Below, one piece after another: positions 33,316 through 40,757 of a DNA stretch of 42,147 nucleotides. This DNA is from Nitrospirae bacterium RBG_16_64_22 (lineage in GTDB: Bacteria > Nitrospirota > RBG-16-64-22). The stretch's first letter is position 1. Each line of letters begins with the position of its first letter. A program made the translations under genes and the position numbers. The stretch is from NCBI GenBank assembly GCA_001803795.1, contig MHEK01000059.1:1-42147 (forward strand). Direction: 5' to 3'. The notes under the pieces are model-generated. The model was given only the letters and a program-made list of their open reading frames with translations. It was not told the origin of the DNA and did no database searches.

Positions 33316-33777
33316 ATGCCCGAGACATCCTCATCCGGCCCCGGACGCCTTGTCCTCTTCAATCTCGACGCCCAGCATTTCGGCTTCCGGATCGACAACC
33401 TGATCGAGATCGGGACCGTGGGGGCCGTTCGCCCCGCGTCCGATCTTCCCGGCTACGTTTCCGGAATCACGCTGTCGCGAGGGCGCGAAGTGGCGATTCT
33501 CGACCTCCGCTCCATCCTCGGCCTGCCGGCGCGCCGCCTTTCCCCATCCACGCCTCTCATCGTCATGCGCATCGGTGCCCAAGCCCTCGGGATCGCCGTG
33601 GACGCCGTTTCCAATATCCACACCGCTCCCGGAACGTGGCACCCGTTCCCAGCGGGCGCCGTGCCCGAAGACCGCAACCCGTATACGGCCGTCACGCGAA
33701 TCGACGACGACCTCCTTTTGATCCTGGATGAGCAGATGCTCCTGCCCATCGCCCGCGCCGTCAAAAAAGCCGCATGA
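33316..33777 (+). CDS. cheW: CheW-like coupling protein
   Basis: 153 aa. LVLFNLDAQHFGFRIDNLIEI...VSGITLSRGREVAILDL. Confidence 0.8.
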   Translation: MPETSSSGPGRLVLFNLDAQHFGFRIDNLIEIGTVGAVRPASDLPGYVSGITLSRGREVAILDLRSILGLPARRLSPSTPLIVMRIGAQALGIAVDAVSNIHTAPGTWHPFPAGAVPEDRNPYTAVTRIDDDLLLILDEQMLLPIARAVKKAA

Positions 33778-34235
33778 AAACTCAAACCTTCCCGGGCATC
33801 GAACCCGTACTCACGTTCAGGGTCGGCCCCCGCTTTCTCGGAATCCCGATCTCCAAGATCCTCGAAATCCTTCCGACTCCCATGCCGACACCCGTCCCGC
33901 TCGCCTTCGCCCATGTCGAGGGAATCGTGGAATACCGGAAGGCCCTCATCCCCGTCTATAACCTGTGCCGCCGCCTCTCCGTGCCATCCGACCCGTCGAT
34001 TTCGCCACACCTGATCGTGATCCGGGACGGAGACGCCTTGTTTGGCGTGACGGTGGACGAAATCGGAAAAATCATCTCGCAGCCCGCGCCCGCGGATCTG
34101 CCCGCGGACCGGTCGGTCCACGGACTGCCGCCCGGGCTCCTCCAGTTCGCCGCGGACGACAGCGGAAGCGTTGTCCCCGTTATCCTGCCGCAGGCATTGC
34201 TTGCGGCCCGGAACACCATTCGAATGGAAGCCTAA
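33774..34235 (+). CDS. cheW: CheW-like coupling protein (divergent)
   Basis: 153 aa. ATGA overlap with the preceding cheW. LTFRVGPRFLGIPISKILEI...VEGIVEYRKALIPVYNL. Confidence 0.75.
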   Translation: MKTQTFPGIEPVLTFRVGPRFLGIPISKILEILPTPMPTPVPLAFAHVEGIVEYRKALIPVYNLCRRLSVPSDPSISPHLIVIRDGDALFGVTVDEIGKIISQPAPADLPADRSVHGLPPGLLQFAADDSGSVVPVILPQALLAARNTIRMEA

Positions 34236-34259
34236 CCCGTCCGCATTCGGCGGAAAGGA

Positions 34260-35636
34260 ATGGGAGGGATCATGAAACCGAAACTCCTCTTGGCGGATGA
34301 CAGCATCACCATCCAGAAAGTGGTGGAACTGATATTCTCGAACGAAAACTTCGAGATCATCACCGTCAACAATGGGGCCGACGCCCTCGCGAAAGCGAAG
34401 GCCGAGCGCCCCGATATCGTCCTGGCCGACATCTACATGCCAAAGCTGGATGGATACGAACTTTGCCAGGAGATGAAGAAGGATCCCGATGTCGCCGGCA
34501 CTCCCGTCATTCTTCTCGTCGGGGCGTTCGAGAGCTTTGACGAAAGCCGCAGCGCCGCCGTCGGGGCGACCGGACACATCACAAAGCCGTTCGAATCGCA
34601 GGAGCTCGTCGGGAAGGTGCGCGAGACGATCGAAGCCGCGGCGGCGGCCCGATCCGCCAAGGAGGCTCCCCGCCCTTCCGAACCCGCGGCCGCCGAGGAC
34701 CAGTGGACCGTGATCGACATCACATCGGGGGCCCGTCCGCTTCCGGCACCCCAAGCCCCCGAGGAGGAGGCCGACCTATGGAAGGACGTCTCGCTCATCG
34801 GAGAAACCCCCGCGGCTGAATTCTACCCGGAGGAAAAGGCCGCCCCCCGCCCGCCGGCCTCCGAACCTCAAGGCGAGGTATTCGAGATCTCCGTCGAGGA
34901 AAAAGCCGCCCCGGCCGTCGAGGCGCCGCCCCAGGCGCAGCCGGCCGCCCACACGACCCTTCACGGAACGCCCGTCACGGTCTATGAAGACGCCCGCGAA
35001 GAAAAAGCCGAGACCCCCGAGGTCCGCCCCCCGATCGAGCTTTCCGCCTCGGAACAGCCCTTCGAGCTCCAGTCGTTCGAGAGTCTCGACGAGGCCCATC
35101 TCCTCGGCGCCGAATTCGGCGTTCCGCCCCGGATCGAGCCCGCGGCCGTCCCCCCGCCCAAGGCCGGCGAAGAGAAGATCGAGAAGCTGCAGACAGCCGA
35201 GATGTACGAGTTCCTCGCCCCGGAGGAAATTCTCACCGAAGAGTCGATCGAGATGGTTCCGTCCGCCGTCGAAGAACCTTCTCTCCCAGAGAAACCCCCG
35301 ATCGCGGCGCCTTCCGCGGCCGCGCCGATGGTCGATCTGGATGTCACCCTCGAAGCGATTCCCGTCCCTCCGCCTCCCGCGGAAGAAGAGTTCGCGGAGG
35401 TTGTCATTCCAGAGGAACTCCCTCCACCGCCCCAGGCCCAGGCGGCCGCCGTCCCGTCGGGGGAGGAACTCGCGGCTCTGATCGAGCCGATGCTTCGCCG
35501 GATCGTGGAGGAACTCCTGCCGAACATCTCTCGGGAGACCCTGGACCGTGTCGCGTGGGAAGTGGTCCCAGACCTCGCCGAGGTCCTCATTTCGAAGGAG
35601 ATTCAGAACCTCAAGCAGGGAATGTCGAACAACTAG
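34260..35636 (+). CDS. response regulator: receiver + long acidic Pro/Ala/Glu-rich region + short conserved C-terminal helical module
   Basis: 458 aa. REC motifs LLADDS...LADIYMP...LVGAF...TKPF. The tail ends LRRIVEELLPNISRETLDRVAWEVVPDLAEVLISKEIQNLK. The start may be ATG 34272 (MKPKLL...). Confidence 0.75.
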   Translation: MGGIMKPKLLLADDSITIQKVVELIFSNENFEIITVNNGADALAKAKAERPDIVLADIYMPKLDGYELCQEMKKDPDVAGTPVILLVGAFESFDESRSAAVGATGHITKPFESQELVGKVRETIEAAAAARSAKEAPRPSEPAAAEDQWTVIDITSGARPLPAPQAPEEEADLWKDVSLIGETPAAEFYPEEKAAPRPPASEPQGEVFEISVEEKAAPAVEAPPQAQPAAHTTLHGTPVTVYEDAREEKAETPEVRPPIELSASEQPFELQSFESLDEAHLLGAEFGVPPRIEPAAVPPPKAGEEKIEKLQTAEMYEFLAPEEILTEESIEMVPSAVEEPSLPEKPPIAAPSAAAPMVDLDVTLEAIPVPPPPAEEEFAEVVIPEELPPPPQAQAAAVPSGEELAALIEPMLRRIVEELLPNISRETLDRVAWEVVPDLAEVLISKEIQNLKQGMSNN

Positions 35637-35655
35637 CGACACGGGACAACCGACA

Positions 35656-36402
35656 ATGATCCGCCGCCTTTCGAGAGCCATCCCAATTCTTGCGTGCCTG
35701 TCGGCGTGCCTTCCTCTCGCCGCGTCCCATACCGCGGCGGCGAAGGAGGCGTCGGCCGCCTCTTCCGTCGTCAATCCGCAGGCCCTTCTTTTCAAGATGG
35801 AAGAGGCCTACAACCACATCCAGTCGTACCGGGCGGTCGTCTTGAGCCGGGAACGCGTCGGGGGCGTTCTTCAACCCGAGGACAAAACCCTCTTCGAGTT
35901 CAAGAAGCCTTTTGAGCTGTTCATGACTTGGCTGGACGGACCGAAGAAAGGGAACCGGCTATACTTCCGAACCGGCTGGAACGAAGACCGGATCCGCCTC
36001 CGGCAGGCGGGAATCCTCGGAGCCATCCCGATCAATCTGGATCCGGCGTCCTCGCTCCTCAAGAACGGGACGAACCACACGATCCGGGAGGCGGGTCTCG
36101 GCTTCTTCATCCAGACCATGACGTCCAACGCACGGCGGGCGCAGGCAGCCGGAATTCTCGAAATTCGTCCCCTGGGGAAACAGACCGTTGAGGGGCGCCC
36201 CGTCCAGGCCTTCGACGTGCACATCGGATCGAGACCGGGGAACGGCTACTACTGCCGGAGGCTTCTCGTCGACATCGACGCCGAGATCCCCCTTCCCATC
36301 CGCTTCACGACATTCGACTGGGACGGCAATATCGTGGAGCAGTTCGTTTACCGGGACCTGACGCTCAACCCGCCCCTGCAAGACCTCGAACGGAAGATCT
36401 GA
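35656..36402 (+). CDS. exported DUF1571 / LolA-like (outer-membrane lipoprotein-sorting fold) protein
   Basis: Internal ATG. Signal peptide MIRRLSRAIPILACLSACLPLAA. SYRAVVLSRERVGGVLQPEDKTLFEFKKPFELFMTWLDGPKKGNRLYF matches the DUF1571 pattern from memory. Confidence 0.6.
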   Translation: MIRRLSRAIPILACLSACLPLAASHTAAAKEASAASSVVNPQALLFKMEEAYNHIQSYRAVVLSRERVGGVLQPEDKTLFEFKKPFELFMTWLDGPKKGNRLYFRTGWNEDRIRLRQAGILGAIPINLDPASSLLKNGTNHTIREAGLGFFIQTMTSNARRAQAAGILEIRPLGKQTVEGRPVQAFDVHIGSRPGNGYYCRRLLVDIDAEIPLPIRFTTFDWDGNIVEQFVYRDLTLNPPLQDLERKI

Positions 36403-36417
36403 GCGCCGTCCGGCGCT
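36402..36417. terminator. short GC hairpin between convergent genes (weak terminator candidate)
   Basis: AGCGCC gtcc GGCGCT immediately after the DUF1571-like gene stop. There is no clear U-tract. Confidence 0.25.
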
Positions 36418-36462
36418 GGCTCCAGCCGAAGAACATCGTCAGGGGCCTTCGGGCGCAAGTCC

Positions 36463-36684
36463 CTACCACTTGTGCCCGCCGCAAGGACAGTCCAGGTACG
36501 CCTCGGACGCCCGTCCCTGAAGGACTTCATTCATCATCCTCTCCCACAGCATAACGTACTCGTCTTCGCTCAACCGATACCCGAACGCCCGCAGAGCCCC
36601 CTCGGTATCGGCCGCAAGTCTCGTCCGGAACGAAGCATCGACGGCCAGCCGATTCACGACCTCACGATAGGCGCTTGTGATCAT
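36463..36684 (-). CDS. small NHLP/Nif11-leader-like protein (possible RiPP precursor or Os1348-like NHLP-clan protein)
   Basis: 73 aa from ATG 36684, with AAGGAGG 6 nt upstream. VVNRLAVDASFRTRLAADTEGALRAFGYRLSEDE resembles NHLP-type leader helices. The C-terminus is ...EAYLDCPCGGHKW. Confidence 0.55.
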   Translation of the reverse strand: MITSAYREVVNRLAVDASFRTRLAADTEGALRAFGYRLSEDEYVMLWERMMNEVLQGRASEAYLDCPCGGHKW

Positions 36685-37100
36685 CTCCAACCTCCTTTTG
36701 TATGGGTCTTCAGCCTCCTTACTGGGCGGACACCATAGCACGAAACGAAAGTCCCGCCCGTGACCCCAATCACGCCTGGCGATATCACGCCACGGAAAGA
36801 AACAAGTAGGGTGCCAACGACACAGGAAAAAGGCAACATGTTGATATCACAGTGGTTTCTTCCATCACCGAAGAACGCCGTTGAGCAACCCTGTCTACGA
36901 TCGTGTATGGGGTGTATGGAACCGTCAACAGGCGTCCATCACCGACCATGGGATGAACATGCGCCGCGTATTTGGTTCGACATTGCATACCCGGATCGTC
37001 TCGCCCGGGCGAGGATCGCCGTCAGTGGGTTCATCCGTCCGAAGAATCTCGTCCCAATATCTCGAACCAGCCAGCCCGCGTGATCTGATATCATGAAAAA

Positions 37101-38162
37101 ATGAGCGCGCGAGGATCCTCTCCACACCTTCCCGACGTCGCGGCGATTTCCTTCCCGGCGCTTGCGGCGGCGGTTGAAGAACTCGGCCTGCCCCTCTACC
37201 GGGCCCGCCAGATCCGCCGGTGGATCGACGCGCGCGGCGCGACGAGCTTCGCCGAGATGACGGACCTCCCAAAGGCCCTCCGCGAACAGCTCCAGACGCG
37301 GGTGCGGCTCTTCACGCCGGATATCATTCGGGAGAATACGGCCCCGGATGGGACCCGCAAGTTCCTCCTCGAGCTCGAAGACGGCCTGACGGTCGAATGC
37401 GTTCTCATTCCGGACAAAGACCGGTTGACCCTCTGCCTCTCCACGCAGGTCGGTTGTCCCGTCAATTGTTCCTTCTGTCTGACCGGACGGATGGGTCTCG
37501 TGCGGAACCTTGCGACCGCGGAGATCGTGGGACAGGTCCGGTCCGTGCGGGCGCGAACGCCGCGACGGATCTCGAACATCGTCCTGATGGGAATGGGCGA
37601 GCCGCTTCTAAACTTCGAGAACACGGCCGACGCGCTTCGCCGCCTGACGGACCCGATGGGATTCGGATTCTCGTCGCGCCGGATCACGCTCTCCACCGCC
37701 GGAATCATTCCGGGCATAGAGCGCCTCGGCCGCGAAGGCCCTCACGTCAATCTCGCCGTCTCGCTCAATGCAACGACGGACGAACTCCGGACACGTCTGA
37801 TTCCCATCAACCGGAAATGGCCGATCGGCCGGCTTCTCGCGGCGCTCCGCGCCTACCCCCTCCCGCCCCGGAGGCGGATCACGATCGAGTACGTTCTTCT
37901 CGGCGGGGAGAATGACACGGACGAGGACGCCCGCCGGCTCGCGGCTCTTCTCAAGGGCCTGCGGTGCAAGGTCAACCTGATCCCCTTCAACCCCTTCCCG
38001 GAATCGTCCCACCGGACCCCCGACCGGAGAAGGGTCGAATGCTTTCAGCGAATCCTGACCGAGAAACGGTATTCGGCATTCATCCGGGAGAGCCGCGGGA
38101 AGGAAATCCGTGCCGCCTGCGGCCAGCTCTGGGCGGAGGAGAAAAAGTCCGGGGCAAGTTGA
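37101..38162 (+). CDS. rlmN: 23S rRNA (adenine2503-C2)/tRNA methyltransferase RlmN (radical SAM)
   Basis: 353 aa. YRARQIRRWI, CLSTQVGCPVNCSFCLTG (CxxxCxxC), MGMGEPLLN and the C-terminal AACGQL. Confidence 0.9.
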   Translation: MSARGSSPHLPDVAAISFPALAAAVEELGLPLYRARQIRRWIDARGATSFAEMTDLPKALREQLQTRVRLFTPDIIRENTAPDGTRKFLLELEDGLTVECVLIPDKDRLTLCLSTQVGCPVNCSFCLTGRMGLVRNLATAEIVGQVRSVRARTPRRISNIVLMGMGEPLLNFENTADALRRLTDPMGFGFSSRRITLSTAGIIPGIERLGREGPHVNLAVSLNATTDELRTRLIPINRKWPIGRLLAALRAYPLPPRRRITIEYVLLGGENDTDEDARRLAALLKGLRCKVNLIPFNPFPESSHRTPDRRRVECFQRILTEKRYSAFIRESRGKEIRAACGQLWAEEKKSGAS

Positions 38163-38184
38163 GAGTTGAAAGTTGAAGGGTGAA
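38157..38184. repeat. heptad tandem array (AGTTGAA)n, 4 units
   Basis: agttgag agttgaa agttgaa gggtgaa. It includes the rlmN stop codon. Confidence 0.85.
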
Positions 38185-38198
38185 GACCGACCGGCGAT

Positions 38199-38759
38199 CT
38201 ACCCGGCGTCAACCGGCGGTCCGTCCAGCCGGCGGCCGCCAAGGTACCGCTTCGAGAAATACGGCGCATCGAGCGAGTCGATCTGCACTTTTCGGCTCTT
38301 CCGGGACGCGTGAATGAACAACCGCTCGCCCAAGTAGATTCCCACATGCGACGGAAACCGGGCGTATGTCCGGAAAAAGACCAGATCGCCCGCACGGAGA
38401 TCGCCCGGCTCCACGAACCGGCCGAAGACGAACATCTCCCGGGCCGTTCGCGGAAGGAGAACTCCCGCCGCGTCGAAGGCCGTCCGAACGAAAAAGGAAC
38501 AATCCATCCCTCTCGCCGTCGTGCCGCCAAAACGGTACGGAATGCCCGCGAACGCCGTGGCCTCTTCAACGACGCGGCCCGCGAGGGCCTCGTCGCTCTG
38601 AATCTCACTGGGCCCACTCCGATCGCCGACGGCCGAATACTGCCCGCTCTCTTTTGGGAGATCTTCGTTCTCCGCCCAAGCGGGAGCGCCGCCAAGGGCG
38701 AGCGCGCAGAACGCCGTCGCGGCCCCGCTCAAAAGCGCGGCCGTCTTCCTCGACGTCAT
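38199..38759 (-). CDS. NlpC/P60 (C40) family cell-wall peptidase, exported
   Basis: Internal ATG with GGGAGGGGAA upstream. Signal peptide AALLSGAATAFCALALGGAPAWA. GIPYRFGGTTARGMDCSFFV (catalytic Cys) and SHVGIYLG (His). Confidence 0.85.
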   Translation of the reverse strand: MTSRKTAALLSGAATAFCALALGGAPAWAENEDLPKESGQYSAVGDRSGPSEIQSDEALAGRVVEEATAFAGIPYRFGGTTARGMDCSFFVRTAFDAAGVLLPRTAREMFVFGRFVEPGDLRAGDLVFFRTYARFPSHVGIYLGERLFIHASRKSRKVQIDSLDAPYFSKRYLGGRRLDGPPVDAG

Positions 38760-39259
38760 TTCCCCTCCCTTCCGACCGCCTCGGTCACGGACACACGACC
38801 TCCCTCCCACGCCAGGGAAACCCACGCGCCGCCGATCTTGAGCTCAAGACGGAGGACCCGGCCGGACGCATCCATCGAAGCGCGGTACGGCGTTCCGGCG
38901 GCCAGACGCGTCAGATCGACCGGCTTCGCCGCCTCGACGGCGGCATTGACTTCCGCCGCGCTGAGGCCCAGGCCCCGCGACAAGGAGTAGAAGGTCTGTC
39001 CGGGCATGAGCGCGCCCGAAAGGTCGTAGGATACTTCGACCGGAATCGGTTCCCGGGCCAGCCGGGATATGGAGACGGCCCCGACCGGACCGCTCAAGAT
39101 ACGCGAGAGATATTCGAGCCGCCCCAGGCCAGCCGCAACGTAGAAAATCATCCCCACAAGGACTGTCCCGCAGACAACGCCGAAAACGATCCGGCGGAAT
39201 CGGACAGACCCGGCCGGAGAGCCCAGGATGCGGCTATGCTTCTCCGGCACACTTTTCAC
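38756..39259 (-). CDS. membrane-anchored protein with LysM-like/OapA-type domain
   Basis: TM helix IVFGVVCGTVLVGMIFYVAAGL, then MPGQTFYSLSRGLGLSAAEVNAAVEAAKPVDLTRLAAGTPYR. ATGA overlap with the NlpC/P60 gene. The start is uncertain (GTG 39259 or 39250) and overlaps the scpB end. Confidence 0.5.
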   Translation of the reverse strand: MKSVPEKHSRILGSPAGSVRFRRIVFGVVCGTVLVGMIFYVAAGLGRLEYLSRILSGPVGAVSISRLAREPIPVEVSYDLSGALMPGQTFYSLSRGLGLSAAEVNAAVEAAKPVDLTRLAAGTPYRASMDASGRVLRLELKIGGAWVSLAWEGGRVSVTEAVGREGK

Positions 39260-39899
39260 CTGGATCGCCGCTGTCGCTCGGGGCAGGCGCGCTTCGCTCC
39301 TCGGCTGGCGGAGCCGCTTCGCCTCCTTCCTTCCCTTCCGCCTCACCGAACGGAAGCTCCAGGGGAAGCTCGGCGTCCGCCATGTCCTGGAACTCCTTGA
39401 GACTCGGAAGCTGGCTCAGGTCCTTGAGGCCGAAGTACTGGAGGAACTCCTGCGTCGTCCCGTACATGATCGGCCGTCCCGCCACGTCCATGCGGCCCAG
39501 CATCCGCACGAGCCGCCGCTCCAAGAGCGTCTTGAGCGCCCCGCCGCAGTCGACGCCCCGGACTTGCTCCACCTCTGCCCGGGTGACCGGCTGGCGATAC
39601 GCGACGATCGCCAGCGTCTCGAGTCCCGCCCGCGAGAGCCGGGCGGGCGTCTTGGACAGGAGACGGCGGACCCAGGGAGCGTACTGCGGGCGCGTGACCA
39701 TCTGCCAGCCTCCCGCAACCTCCACGACGTGAAGGCCGCTGTCGCGCACCTCCAGTTCGTCGCGCACCTCCGTCAGCGCCTCGCGGACCTCTTCCCGGTC
39801 CACGCCGTCGAAGAGATCGGCCATTCGATCGACCGAAAGAGGTTCAGGCGCCACAAAGAGGAACGCCTCCAGGACGGCCCGGATCTCGCTTCGCGTCAC
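39234..39899 (-). CDS. scpB: segregation and condensation protein B
   Basis: 221 aa. GTG start overlapping the scpA stop (GTGA). LEAFLFVAPEPLSV...LSRAGLETLAIVAYRQPVTRAEVEQVRGV. Confidence 0.9.
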   Translation of the reverse strand: MTRSEIRAVLEAFLFVAPEPLSVDRMADLFDGVDREEVREALTEVRDELEVRDSGLHVVEVAGGWQMVTRPQYAPWVRRLLSKTPARLSRAGLETLAIVAYRQPVTRAEVEQVRGVDCGGALKTLLERRLVRMLGRMDVAGRPIMYGTTQEFLQYFGLKDLSQLPSLKEFQDMADAELPLELPFGEAEGKEGGEAAPPAEERSAPAPSDSGDPGEKCAGEA

Positions 39900-40666
39900 G
39901 CCGCGGCCTCGCTCGCCGGCAGGGTCTCTGGGGGATCGTCCGGCACCGCGCGCGTGATGTGGATTGGCCCGAAGAGGGCCACCTGAACAACCCGGACCGC
40001 GCGGATGCGAACCAGCTCCAGCAAGGCCAGGAACGTGACGATCACGCCCAGCCGCGTCCTCTCCTTGTCAAAGAGGTCCTCGAACGCCAGGGAATCAGCC
40101 TCCTTAAGGCGGCTGAGAATGTGCGTGATCTTCTCGCTCACGGTGATCCTTTCAAGCGTAATCTCGCGCACCCCCTGATCGGGGACCCGATCGAGCACTT
40201 TCCGCAACGAATCCAGAAGATCGAAGAGCGTAACGCTTCCGGGCGGGAGATCGGCCTCGTGAGCCGGCGGAAGAGGAGGAGCCTCCGCCCGCCGCGGGAA
40301 GATATTGCGCCAGACGTCCTGCCGTTCTTCGAGGACCTCAGCCGCGTCCTTGTACCGCTGGTACTCCAGCAGGCGCTGGACCAGTTCGGCCCGCGGATCC
40401 TGACCCGACTCGTCCTCTCCCCCGCCCGCCGTTTCGTCGGGTGGAAGGAGCATCTGCGACTTCACCTTCGTCAGCGTTGCAGCCATCACCAGGAACTCCC
40501 CCGCGAGATCCAGGTTCAGCGTCTTCATCAGATCGACGTACTCGAGATACTGCTGGGTGATGAACGCGATTGGGATGTCGAAGATGTCGATCTCGTGTTT
40601 CTTGATGAGATGAAGAAGGAGGTCCAGCGGACCCTCGAAAACCTCCAGCTTGACTTCGTACCCCAT
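39896..40666 (-). CDS. scpA: segregation and condensation protein A
   Basis: 256 aa. YEVKLEVFEGPLDLLLHLIKKHEIDIFDIPIAFITQQYLEY. Confidence 0.9.
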   Translation of the reverse strand: MGYEVKLEVFEGPLDLLLHLIKKHEIDIFDIPIAFITQQYLEYVDLMKTLNLDLAGEFLVMAATLTKVKSQMLLPPDETAGGGEDESGQDPRAELVQRLLEYQRYKDAAEVLEERQDVWRNIFPRRAEAPPLPPAHEADLPPGSVTLFDLLDSLRKVLDRVPDQGVREITLERITVSEKITHILSRLKEADSLAFEDLFDKERTRLGVIVTFLALLELVRIRAVRVVQVALFGPIHITRAVPDDPPETLPASEAAA

Positions 40667-40757
40667 CTCTCCCCCCCCAAAAAACGCGGCTATCCTACCG
40701 GAATCGGCCCTTCATGGCAACAGGACGCGGGGAATGCAGGACACTCGAAGGAAGAGG

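Noticed and set aside
36741-36830. RNase P RNA-like strings (cgaaagtcccgccc; tagggtgccaacgacacagg) in the non-coding gap
   Set aside because: They only loosely resemble the conserved GGAAAGUCCGGGC and GGGUGCCAGGUAACGCCUGG blocks. The universally conserved 3' ACAGAACCCGGCUUA block and the P4 pairing partners are not found. The region is too AT-rich and poorly structured for this genome.
36760-37083. 107-aa plus-strand ORF (and 36881-37096, 36785-36988) in the gap upstream of rlmN
   Set aside because: It has a GTG/TTG start without an SD, no recognisable family, odd composition (Cys/His/Trp/Pro scatter) and mutually overlapping alternatives. It is treated as non-coding pending transcript data.
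37093-37104. Mini-ORF ATG AAA AAA TGA whose stop overlaps the rlmN ATG
   Set aside because: It is three codons with no SD. It most likely arises by chance from the A-rich promoter-proximal sequence.
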